IMG/VR virus record: IMGVR_UViG_3300023283_000076
Span: 64,001-128,000 of that record
Length of the DNA: 64,000 bases
Strand: one strand, 5' to 3'
From: a virus
Taxonomy: Duplodnaviria > Caudoviricetes
In this document: positions 10,008 through 18,420 of the stretch, one piece after another
Position numbering within the stretch: position 1 is the stretch's first letter
Layout: each line of letters starts with the position of its first letter
The notes under the pieces: model-generated
The model's database searches: none
What the model was told of the DNA's origin: nothing
Seen by the model: only the letters and a program-made list of their open reading frames with translations
Made by a program: the position numbers and the translations under genes

Positions 10008-10019
10008 GAATTTAAAAAT

Positions 10020-10103
10020 GGGTAAGTCTGGTACGGGTGAACCAAGCTGACTGTACATCAGTGTCCTCTGGACTTGGACGTTCGAGTCTCTCCCTACCCA
10101 CCA
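10020..10103 (+). pseudogene. degenerate second tRNA-Tyr(GTA)
   Basis: GCTGA-CTGTACA-TCAGT arm and CCA present; T-stem GGACG/CTCTC mostly unpaired, acceptor mismatch. Confidence 0.65.
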
Positions 10104-10280
10104 ATTGTTTTTATAAATAATGTTGCTTATATATTGAATATATGTTATCATAAATATAATAATGAATAATAGGTATCAATATAAAGCTAACTATTCTAAT
10201 AGAGTTTTACGATGGTTAAGAAATACTCCACGTAAAGAAATCTATGAATGGATTGAAGAGCAGAAGCGTAAGAAATATAA

Positions 10281-10406
10281 GGGTGTGTAGCTCAGCGGTT
10301 TAGAGCGTCCGACTGTGGAAGTTGTGGGATACGTAGATCAGGTTCAACTCCTGAAACTTCAAAGGTAATCGGATGGTCGTAGGTTCAAATCCTACCACGC
10401 CCTCCA
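10281..10406 (+). tRNA. tRNA interrupted in the anticodon loop by a 49-nt insert (Asn GTT or Thr GGT after removal)
   Basis: perfect D-arm GCTC/GAGC, TCCGA/TCGGA anticodon stem, GTAGG-TTCAAAT-CCTAC T-arm, GGGTGTG/CACGCCC-TCCA; extra sequence 10317-10365. Confidence 0.85.
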
Positions 10407-10410
10407 ATTT

Positions 10411-10701
10411 TTGACCCCCCTTCATGTTTTAGTTTGCCATACCTATAAAATCGAGAATAGTAATGTTAGTAAACAAACCTTAAAATCTAGATATTTGAAA
10501 CACAGGGAAACTCTTGACATTACTTTCGAATGTGATATAATAGACTGTAAAATATCAAAATGGTATGGTAAAAAATTGAATCTTCAATTAGATCATATCA
10601 ATGGTATAAATAATGATAACAGGTTGAAAAATTTAAGATTACTTTGTCCTAATTGCCATAGTCTAACGGAGACATTTGCAGGGCGAAAGAAATTACAATA
10701 G
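10411..10701 (+). CDS. HNH endonuclease (probably N-terminally truncated)
   Basis: LQLDHINGINNDNRLKNLRLLCPNCHS; internal TTGACA..TATAAT promoter near 10514-10541. Confidence 0.75.
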   Translation: MTPLHVLVCHTYKIENSNVSKQTLKSRYLKHRETLDITFECDIIDCKISKWYGKKLNLQLDHINGINNDNRLKNLRLLCPNCHSLTETFAGRKKLQ

Positions 10702-10770
10702 GTACGAGCATAGATTGCCGACCAGATTTGGAATCTGGGAGAGAGATTTCGATTATCTTCGCACCCGCCA
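10700..10770 (+). pseudogene. atypical tRNA-like gene, anticodon TGG, minimal D-arm
   Basis: CCAGA-TTTGGAA-TCTGG, GAGAT-TTCGATT-ATCTT, GCCA end; D-arm only GCA-TAGAT-TGC; two acceptor mismatches. Confidence 0.6.
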
Positions 10771-10786
10771 AATTAAAAATGTAATA

Positions 10787-10860
10787 GACAGGATGCCAGA
10801 GTGGTAATGGGCGTGGTTGCAACCCACGAGTCGAGGGTTCGATTCCCTCTCTTGTCTCCA
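10787..10860 (+). tRNA. tRNA-Cys(GCA)
   Basis: CGTGG-TTGCAAC-CCACG, U73, CCA. Confidence 0.92.
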
Positions 10861-10870
10861 AAGTTTCAAT

Positions 10871-10948
10871 GGTGAGTGTGGCGGAACTGGTAGACGCACC
10901 TGACTGTGAATCAGGCACTTGTGGGTTCGAGTCCCATCATTCACCCCA
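10871..10948 (+). tRNA. tRNA-His(GTG) with G-1:C73
   Basis: CCTGA-CTGTGAA-TCAGG, GGTGAGTG/CATTCACC, CCA. Confidence 0.93.
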
Positions 10949-10954
10949 ATTTAA

Positions 10955-11027
10955 ACAAGACTGGTCCTCGCATGACTGTCCCGATAGTAAGAGCAAAGGT
11001 CGTTAATTGATTTGCCACCAGTCTTGT
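10955..11027 (+). ncRNA. structured RNA of unknown family, copy 1
   Basis: 11-bp closing stem ACAAGACTGGT/ACCAGTCTTGT; near-identical copy at 17582-17653. Confidence 0.6.
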
Positions 11028-11043
11028 ATTTTCTTTAAACATA

Positions 11044-11118
11044 AAAATCATCCCGTTCGGGATGATTTTCTATTATTATCTGTTATTTTAATTGAATCAT
11101 CCCGAACGGGTTGATTTC
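11044..11118. terminator. pair of mirror-image hairpin terminators where convergent operons meet
   Basis: AAAATCATCCCG-TT-CGGGATGATTTT and AATCATCCCG-AA-CGGGTTGATTT. Confidence 0.7.
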
Positions 11119-11396
11119 ATGTTTATAATTTAATTACGCATTTCCTAGATAGTACTCTACTGGCGGCGCTTCTACACTAAAATCTGGTTCTTGCATTTTT
11201 TGCTGATTTTCTGCGCACTCATTAAACATTTTAATATGTTTTAATGCGCTGTCTAACGCATCTTTAGTTTTTTTCTTCATCAGTTAAAGGTTCACCATTA
11301 GAAGTACCTTTTCTAATATCAAGACTTTTGGACGCACCAGTAGTAGCCATAGCCATCCAATAATGTGCATAGAGTTCATGCATTTTCTTTTGATCT

Positions 11397-11687
11397 TCAA
11401 TTTTCATTAGTGTATCCTCTCATCCATTCTACGATACCTATAGCCCATTTCTTACCATAATCAATATGGCCATATGCATTACTTTCATATCGTTCAATTA
11501 TATTTAGGGTAGGTTCTTTTAGATTGTCTCTTTTAGCTATTTCACAAGCTTTTCTATAAACAGCAATCCGTTCACGTTTAATCCACTCATTAGAATGATA
11601 TTCTCTATGTTTTGCTACATCTTGAAAAGTATCATACAGTTCTGTAGTAATAGAATCATGTGTCGGTCTGAAAAAATCGTGTTTCAT
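11397..11687 (-). CDS. hypothetical protein
   Basis: part of minus-strand operon 11.1-13.7 kb. Confidence 0.65.
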   Translation of the reverse strand: MKHDFFRPTHDSITTELYDTFQDVAKHREYHSNEWIKRERIAVYRKACEIAKRDNLKEPTLNIIERYESNAYGHIDYGKKWAIGIVEWMRGYTNEN

Positions 11688-11902
11688 TATTTATCTCGCT
11701 GTTGAGCTGGCATAATTGCATCACATACTGCATGAGATGCCCCATTTTCGCATGTGGAAATTGTGACTAAAACAATAATAACCATGATAGGAACTATAAT
11801 TATGAATATCATTGGAAGATATCCAAGACCAGTCATAATATTTCCTACAGTATTGTCCAGAAAACTTCCTAACTGCTTGATATTTTTAAAATTATCACCC
11901 AT
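11687..11902 (-). CDS. small membrane protein
   Basis: hydrophobic segment; TAATG coupling. Confidence 0.6.
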   Translation of the reverse strand: MGDNFKNIKQLGSFLDNTVGNIMTGLGYLPMIFIIIVPIMVIIVLVTISTCENGASHAVCDAIMPAQQRDK

Positions 11903-11973
11903 TTCATTTGTTTCCTGTATTTAATGATTAATTATAATAACATATATATTTGTGGATGTCAATTGGAGGAAGG

Positions 11974-12064
11974 TGGAGGAAGGTGGAGGAATCGAACCCC
12001 TATCGGCTCTTCACCGATACCCCGGATTTCAAGTCCGGTTGCCAGCCACTTAGCGGCACCTTCC
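11974..12064 (-). tRNA. tRNA-Ser(TGA) with 8-bp acceptor / 4-bp T-stem
   Basis: GGAAGGTG/CACCTTCC, GGGG-TTCGATT-CCTC, CCGGA-CTTGAAA-TCCGG, long variable arm, U73-CCA. Confidence 0.85.
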
Positions 12065-12088
12065 AGTATATTGCGTTATTTATAATGA

Positions 12089-12165
12089 TGGTACGGGTGG
12101 TGGGATTCGAACCCACACTGTGCGGATTTTAAGTCCGATCTCTCTGCCAATTGGAGTACACCCGC
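12089..12165 (-). tRNA. tRNA-Leu(TAA), second copy, short variable loop
   Basis: CGGA-CTTAAAA-TCCG, GCGGGTG/CACCCGT, CCA. Confidence 0.88.
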
Positions 12166-12173
12166 TTAAAAAA

Positions 12174-12740
12174 TCAATTCGTATCGTCTTTTTTACCTTT
12201 TAATTCTGGATATTTCTTATACATTTTAGAAACAAAATCATTTATTTCTCTATCTTCCTCTTCATTATAAAGCGGGGCTATTTTATCATTAGTTTTTTGT
12301 TGAAATTCTGTAATAGTATCAATGATATTTAATGCATTAACATGAATATGTTTTTCGACCAGTATTCTATCATATAATTGATTAATTGTGGTATCTAAAT
12401 ATTTACTTTTGTTAAACATGGATATAAGTTTAATAAGCCCATATGCAGACACTAAAACTAATACCAATTGCAATAATGTATTATCGCTACCATTGGTAAA
12501 CATAAGAAATATAAAACTAGAAACAATAATATAAAATATTTCTTTTGTATGATAAAGAATTTTATGTTTGAAAATAAAATCAAATTGATTTTTATGTAAC
12601 ATTGTTTGAGAATGAACCTGAGACCATAAATTATTTTTAATTAACGTGAGTTCTCTATCATTCTTGAGTGCTTCGGAGTTTTCGTTATTCTTTAAATTAT
12701 TTTCAATTGTATTAATTAGTTTCTTAACTCTTTTATTCAT
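12174..12740 (-). CDS. membrane protein with two TM segments
   Basis: hydrophobic central region flanked by charged coiled segments. Confidence 0.65.
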   Translation of the reverse strand: MNKRVKKLINTIENNLKNNENSEALKNDRELTLIKNNLWSQVHSQTMLHKNQFDFIFKHKILYHTKEIFYIIVSSFIFLMFTNGSDNTLLQLVLVLVSAYGLIKLISMFNKSKYLDTTINQLYDRILVEKHIHVNALNIIDTITEFQQKTNDKIAPLYNEEEDREINDFVSKMYKKYPELKGKKDDTN

Positions 12741-12920
12741 TTCAAAACTCTTGTTAAAATAGTGTGTATAAATTGTACCATAAAAATACGAAAAAGCTAA
12801 TAGTGCATAACACTAAACAGCATTCTGGTAAATATTTTTTCATATTAATCCTATTATAAACATTCTAATTATAATTTATAAATTACAATTAGAGCATCCA
12901 ACCTAATCAGTTATTTATTT

Positions 12921-13154
12921 CTACGGCGAAATTTTGTTTCCCATATTATCTAAGATATAAACATGAGGAACATTTGCCATTCTAACTTCATGTTTATAAA
13001 AATCCAACATTTGTATAGATTCAAACATATTTGCCTCATTAACAATTCGATCATCTGAAATAATACGTGATGGATCAAACGAAACATGTGTGCCATATGA
13101 ATGAAATGTATAAGTAGAACGATTTTGTGATCTCTTACGTACAACTCTTTTCAT
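12921..13154 (-). CDS. hypothetical protein
   Basis: AAGGGA SD, co-oriented. Confidence 0.55.
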   Translation of the reverse strand: MKRVVRKRSQNRSTYTFHSYGTHVSFDPSRIISDDRIVNEANMFESIQMLDFYKHEVRMANVPHVYILDNMGNKISP

Positions 13155-13287
13155 GTGTATAGTTCCCTTCTTTTTATAATTTAAGTTAATAATTAAAGTA
13201 CGTAGTTAAGTATGTAATTAACTACTCGTTAAGTATATATGAATACGGGCATGTATGTCAAACCATTAACGTATGCGTTAGCAGTTT

Positions 13288-13701
13288 TTAGTGTTTGATC
13301 CATGCAAAGCCATTATGTGTAATACATATTACGATATGCTTGAACAACCGTAAAATTAAAACTCCTTCATCACAATCTTCAACAATAATTTCACTACTTG
13401 GTATTATAAGGAATTTTTCTTTGATTGTTTTCAATTGTACATTTTCCATAAAATCTGGTGTAAGAATCTTGATCATTTTCTTCAACGCTTTATCAGCATC
13501 TGGTCTTGGAAGAATTGTATCATATCCTGTTCCTACACATTCAGGACATTCCCATTCATCATAAGAGATATCTCCTATATCAGCATTGTCTATATATCCT
13601 AGACCCATACATTCAAGACACTTTTTAGAGTTCAATTTATTTTTTTCTTTATTGTATAGACTAGTGTCTTTTTTCATAAAACACTCCATTTGTAAATCCA
13701 T
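13288..13701 (-). CDS. protein with DnaJ-type Zn-finger motifs
   Basis: CLECMGLG and CPECVGTG (CxxCxGxG). Confidence 0.65.
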   Translation of the reverse strand: MDLQMECFMKKDTSLYNKEKNKLNSKKCLECMGLGYIDNADIGDISYDEWECPECVGTGYDTILPRPDADKALKKMIKILTPDFMENVQLKTIKEKFLIIPSSEIIVEDCDEGVLILRLFKHIVICITHNGFAWIKH

Positions 13702-14073
13702 TGCAAATGATTATCATTCTCTAAAAATTAATATTTAATTTACGAATACGAATCATTCGCATTAACTTGATTTCATATTTCACCCTTTAGTATAACAGAA
13801 AAAAAAATTAAATCAAGGGTTGACATTGTATGTATTATATGGTAAAGGTATTAAAATAGGAATTAAAAAAAGACTTGCATTCTTTTGGTGGATATGATAT
13901 ATTACACATTCGCATTCAAAATATTGGAGTTTAATACATGGAACATCGTTAATGGAGAAATATTCTGAAATGGTGTTTACCGAACCCAAGTAAAATAATT
14001 GTATATTGGTATTGACAACCGTATAATGCTGGTGTATACTGAGCACTCTCAACAATTAAACAGGAGTTAACAC

Positions 14074-14820
14074 ATGAAATTTGTCGTATATGAATCGGAG
14101 TCTGGTTGCAAGTTTCGTTGTACTGAGGCACAGCAAGAGACTCTGAGAAAGCTGGAAACAATCGTTAAAGGCGGTATTGGTACCGTTCATGGTTATACGA
14201 TGAAATCTGGCCGTGTGAAACCCGAAAAGGCCGATATCCAGTTTCTTACTGCATTCTCTACTGAGCGTCTTTATAAGCGTCGAATTGCAGCACTCGAATC
14301 TATCAGTTATGATGACATTGCTGATAATCTTCCAGACAATCCGAAGTTGACGAAACTGACAGAAGATGAGCGCAGAGAAGTGTTCAATACTCGCCGCCAA
14401 AAGGAAATCGAGAGTTATCAGAAGTCTCTTGATGGTGACCGTAGTGATTCGCATCGTCAAGCGCATGATCGGTGTTATTGTAAGATTGGACAAGGTGTTA
14501 AGGTTCACTATCGTACCGAAAAAGATGCTGATGGTATTCGCCAGCCGATTATGGTTAACGGTTTGCCTGTTGTAGAATCTATCATGCTGACGATTCTTGA
14601 AATCAAGCGTAAGGTAATCGAACCGGGCGAGTATAAGAAGGTCAATTCTGGCGCTCCGGTGCTTATCTCTAATACGATTAAGTCTACCATGAATCTTCGA
14701 TCAGTCGGTCTTAAGACTCTTTCACTGAAAGAAGATAACTTCGACAGGCTTGTACTGGACAAGACGGAGTTTTTGCCTGAACAGGTTGAAACCATTCCGG
14801 CTGACTTGTTTATCCGATAA
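14074..14820 (+). CDS. early phage protein of unknown function
   Basis: own TTGACA..TATACT promoter, AGGAG SD, hairpin terminator after stop. Confidence 0.8.
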   Translation: MKFVVYESESGCKFRCTEAQQETLRKLETIVKGGIGTVHGYTMKSGRVKPEKADIQFLTAFSTERLYKRRIAALESISYDDIADNLPDNPKLTKLTEDERREVFNTRRQKEIESYQKSLDGDRSDSHRQAHDRCYCKIGQGVKVHYRTEKDADGIRQPIMVNGLPVVESIMLTILEIKRKVIEPGEYKKVNSGAPVLISNTIKSTMNLRSVGLKTLSLKEDNFDRLVLDKTEFLPEQVETIPADLFIR

Positions 14821-14887
14821 AAGTTTGATATACTCCAAGGGTCAGTCGTTAATCGGCTGACCCATTTCTCAACACTTAGGAGAGCAA

Positions 14888-15193
14888 ATGAATAAACTTC
14901 AATTTAATACTGGTGGTGATGCATATGGTACGAGTTTGAGAGGATACGTCACGACTGTATTTGATCAACTCGTGGAAATTTTCGGGGAGCCTGAGCTTGG
15001 ACCCAATGCCGGTGATGATGACGACAAGGTTACGTGTGAATGGGTAATTACATTTGCCGATGGGGCAGTAGCTACTGTTTATGACTGGAAAACTGACGGC
15101 ACTCCAAAAACCTTGTATAATTGGCATATTGGTGGGATGAAAAACACTGACGTTGTAAATCGTATCAATGCATTGGTAAATAATTGTCTTTAA
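14888..15193 (+). CDS. conserved phage hypothetical protein
   Basis: AGGAG SD; FGEP...KVTCEW...TVYDWK...WHIGG recurring phage pattern. Confidence 0.75.
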   Translation: MNKLQFNTGGDAYGTSLRGYVTTVFDQLVEIFGEPELGPNAGDDDDKVTCEWVITFADGAVATVYDWKTDGTPKTLYNWHIGGMKNTDVVNRINALVNNCL

Positions 15194-15216
15194 TTATAGA
15201 ACATGAGAATTGACAA

Positions 15217-15405
15217 ATGACAGAACGAAAAACATACATTTGTAATCATTGTGGTAGTGATGAAATACTCTTTGATGCATGGGTTGCATGGGATGTTGAA
15301 AATCAATGTATGAGCATCACTACAACAATGGATAAAGGGCATGTATGCGAGAATTGCAATGGTATATCTACTGATCCTATTGAAGTAAATTTAAAGGAAC
15401 TATGA
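15217..15405 (+). CDS. small Zn-ribbon protein
   Basis: CNHCGS ... CENCNG. Confidence 0.65.
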   Translation: MTERKTYICNHCGSDEILFDAWVAWDVENQCMSITTTMDKGHVCENCNGISTDPIEVNLKEL

Positions 15406-15503
15406 TACTGGAACTCTTAAATGTACTCTCGGCAATTGCAGTAATCTTTGTTACAGGGATGATTGCAGGTGCTAAACTCATACTCAAATTGATGAAGAAA
15501 TAA

Positions 15504-15701
15504 ATGGAATTGAATCAATGTCAATATGGTGTTTTGGTTGAAAGCGAACATGGTGAAATTGGTATGATTGTTGGGATCACGAATAATGCAAAAAGCGCAG
15601 AGCTTTCTGTACGCAAGAAAAAAATTCATGCAATTCCAATAGTTCAATGGTCTTATGGAGAAACCAGCAGTATTCATTACGAAAACATCAAGAAACTCTA
15701 A
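15504..15701 (+). CDS. hypothetical protein
   Basis: co-oriented ORF. Confidence 0.5.
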   Translation: MELNQCQYGVLVESEHGEIGMIVGITNNAKSAELSVRKKKIHAIPIVQWSYGETSSIHYENIKKL

Positions 15702-15943
15702 TATTCTATTGAAAGGGGATAAGATAATTTTTATTCCTAACATAGAGCCTTTATCATATATTTTAAATAATGTCAAGAGTTTTTTTAGTTGACTTTTTGA
15801 GTATTCTATGATAATATTTTAAGAGTTTAAATAATGGAAACAATGAGGCAAAGTCATGTGTGTACATAAAGTCACGGTAAATTTAAATGTATTGAACCGT
15901 AAAAAAAGTTGACAATTGTTTCCCCATATGCGATACTACAGTT

Positions 15944-17344
15944 ATGAATGATAATATCCTAGTAGGAAAAGGCGAAGAGTCGCAAGTACATTTACTTGGA
16001 CAATATGCAAATCGTCATGGACTTGTTGCCGGTGCTACTGGTACTGGTAAAACTGTGACCCTGATGATGTTGGCCGAAGGGTTTTCCCGTATGGGTGTAC
16101 CTGTATTCATGGCTGACGTTAAGGGTGATATGGCAGGTTTGGCAATGCAAGGTAACGACAATCCAAAAATTCTCGAACGTGCTGAAAATATCGGTATTGA
16201 TAATTTTTCGTTTAATGGAAATCCTGTATCTTTCTGGGATTTATGGAACAATTCAGGCAATCCAATTAGAACGAGTGTCGAAAGTATCGGTGCCACCTTG
16301 ATGGCTAGAATGCTCGATGTTAGCGATGCTCAAGAAGGTGTATTAGATGTTGCATATCATTATGCAAGAGAACGTAATATTGCACTTAATACACTCAAAG
16401 ATTTTAGAGCTTTGCTGACGTACATGGCACAAAATAGAGAATTTATCAGCACCGAATATGGATTGATAAATTCAAATAGCATTGGAGCTATTCAGCGTCG
16501 ATTGCTCACACTGGAAAACGATGGAATCGATAATTTTTTTGGCACACCTGCATTAGAATTATCGGATTTTATGCGAAATCAAAATGGTAAGGGTATAATT
16601 AACATTCTTTCTGCCGAGAGTTTAATCTTGCGTCCTAGAATGTATTCTACCTTTTTGCTTTGGCTGCTATCAGAGTTGTTTGATAAGATGCCAGAGCTAG
16701 GTGATGTTGACAAACCTGAATTAGTATTTTTCTTTGACGAAGCCCACCTATTATTTGATGATTGTTCAGGTGCATTGCTTCGTAGAGTTGAACAAGTGGT
16801 GAGATTGATTCGTTCCAAGGGTGTAGGTGTATACTTTTGTTCGCAGAACCCTGATGATATTCCTGAGACTGTCCTAGGGCAGCTTGGAAATCGTGTTCAG
16901 CATGCTTTAAGGGCGTTCACGCCTAGAGACCAAAAGGCTGTTAGAGCGGCTGCTGAGACGTTTGTAGAGAATCCTAATTTTGATGTTGGTGATGTTATAA
17001 CCCGTCTAGGCGTTGGTGAAGCATTAACTTCAATGTTAGATGACAAAGGGATTCCGCAACCAGTTCAACGCACAATGATTTCTCCACCGCAATGTCGGCT
17101 TGGTACAATCAGCCATGAAGAGAGAATGCAAATTGTCGATAATGATTCATTGAAAAGAAAATATAGTAACGACAATAATGTAGACACTACTAATAAATAT
17201 GATCCACGGGATGACTTTGATGATACGATTGATTATTGGAACATTGAGCCATCAAAAAATATCAATCCTGAACCAGAGTCACCTGATAATTTTGTAACAC
17301 GGTTTATGAATGAATTTAGAAAAGCATTAATGTTTAAAAATTAA
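15944..17344 (+). CDS. HerA/FtsK-like ATPase of the DUF853 (YjgR) family
   Basis: ANRHGLVAGATGTGKT, ADVKGD, FFFDEAHLLF, RLIRSKGVGVYF, QLGNRVQHALRAFTP. Confidence 0.88.
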   Translation: MNDNILVGKGEESQVHLLGQYANRHGLVAGATGTGKTVTLMMLAEGFSRMGVPVFMADVKGDMAGLAMQGNDNPKILERAENIGIDNFSFNGNPVSFWDLWNNSGNPIRTSVESIGATLMARMLDVSDAQEGVLDVAYHYARERNIALNTLKDFRALLTYMAQNREFISTEYGLINSNSIGAIQRRLLTLENDGIDNFFGTPALELSDFMRNQNGKGIINILSAESLILRPRMYSTFLLWLLSELFDKMPELGDVDKPELVFFFDEAHLLFDDCSGALLRRVEQVVRLIRSKGVGVYFCSQNPDDIPETVLGQLGNRVQHALRAFTPRDQKAVRAAAETFVENPNFDVGDVITRLGVGEALTSMLDDKGIPQPVQRTMISPPQCRLGTISHEERMQIVDNDSLKRKYSNDNNVDTTNKYDPRDDFDDTIDYWNIEPSKNINPEPESPDNFVTRFMNEFRKALMFKN

Positions 17345-17445
17345 TTAAAAACAAATGATCAGAAATATTGTCGAAAAAGTCTTGACAATCTTTGATAAAT
17401 AGATTAGACTGTAGTTGTGATGATAAATCACACATGTAAACAATA

Positions 17446-17558
17446 CGATGAAAAAGCGGTGGACAAGAGTACATCGCGGGGCAACCCTACAGTATCGGCC
17501 ATGCTGATCCGGTGATGGTGACAAAGATACTGTGAGTCGGACGCCAAGCGACCGGCCC
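17446..17558 (+). ncRNA. candidate multi-stem structured RNA
   Basis: CGATG/CATCG, GGG-GCAA-CCC, ACAGTATC/GATACTGT and GTCG/CGGC stems downstream of promoter at 17382-17410. Confidence 0.5.
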
Positions 17559-17581
17559 AAAAAAATTCTCGTTAATAGAAA

Positions 17582-17653
17582 ACAAGACTGGTCCTCGCAT
17601 GACCGTCCCGATAGTAAGAGCAAAGGTCGTTAATTGATTGCCACCAGTCTTGT
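17582..17653 (+). ncRNA. structured RNA of unknown family, copy 2
   Basis: matches 10955-11027 except one T/C change and one T indel. Confidence 0.6.
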
Positions 17654-17919
17654 ATTTTAAAAATGTCCTTTCTTGGGCGGTATATCAGCAACTATAAAAA
17701 GCGCGGGGATGGACAGCCCCTTAATAAATGATATATTAACCCTTTTTCTTTTCACCTATAGGAGAAAAGGCCCGATTCATTTGGGCCTTTTATTTTTCCT
17801 ACACTAGGACCTTTACCATAAAACTGAATGTATTGTCAAGGAAAATAATAATAAATATCCCTTGACCTTTGAACGAATATTCGGTATAGTGTTATACATA
17901 ATTTAAGAAAGGAGTTGCA

Positions 17920-18087
17920 ATGAACACGTACAAGAAGATTTCTCGTTATGGTCCGGGTGGCCGTAATTGCAATTGTTGTGGTCCTGCTCCTCGGCATCGT
18001 AAGACACATGATCGTATGGTTAAGCGTCGTGAGCGTCAGTATACTAAGAAAGAAGTAGAACAGGAAATGATGAACGTAAATCTCTAA
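17920..18087 (+). CDS. small basic Cys-rich protein (55 aa)
   Basis: AAGGAG SD; MNTYKKISRYGPGGRNCNCCGPAPRHRK...; translated by hand. Confidence 0.7.
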   Translation: MNTYKKISRYGPGGRNCNCCGPAPRHRKTHDRMVKRRERQYTKKEVEQEMMNVNL

Positions 18088-18200
18088 AACCCCCTTGACA
18101 TATATGTTTTTTAAGATACAATAGTAAGTATAAATAAAGTAGTTCCGAAGAAACCCTTAATATAAGTCGATTTGAAAGGCTTAAAACAAAAACTCATGAA

Positions 18201-18330
18201 GAACAAACTAGACGCAGAATTAGAAACTCTGCAACGAAACAGGGTCCGGAGGGAATGCCGGTAGAATGGTAGGATAGCGCCTATCACGTTGCCCCGCTAG
18301 GTAATTGCCAATCCCTAGCCTAGTTTGTTC
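18201..18330 (+). ncRNA. candidate 130-nt multibranch RNA upstream of tRNA-Lys
   Basis: 11-bp closing stem GAACAAACTAG/CTAGTTTGTTC with several internal hairpins. Confidence 0.55.
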
Positions 18331-18343
18331 ATTTTTAATCTTT

Positions 18344-18420
18344 GGGTCTGTGGCGCAATTGGCTAGCGCAGTGGACTTTTAATCCATTGGTTGTGAGTTC
18401 GAGTCTCACCAGACCCACCA
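18344..18420 (+). tRNA. tRNA-Lys(TTT)
   Basis: GTGGA-CTTTTAA-TCCAT, GGGTCTG/CAGACCC, CCA. Confidence 0.95.

Noticed and set aside
10955-11027. Theta/HDV-like ribozyme downstream of tRNA-His
   Set aside because: TCCTCGC resembles L3, but there is no P1 5' strand after the CCA and no canonical J4/2. Kept only as an unassigned RNA.
11974-12064. Selenocysteine tRNA (GGAAG start, 8-bp acceptor, long variable arm)
   Set aside because: The anticodon on the coding strand is TGA (Ser), not TCA
17416-17432. CRP site TGTGA..TCACA
   Set aside because: The spacer is 7 bp rather than 6; better explained as an RNA hairpin
18241-18300. Cobalamin riboswitch (AGGGAA..CCGGT..GCCCCGC)
   Set aside because: Lacks the downstream GCCACTG, GGAAG and AGYCAGAAGAC elements and precedes a tRNA, not a regulated gene
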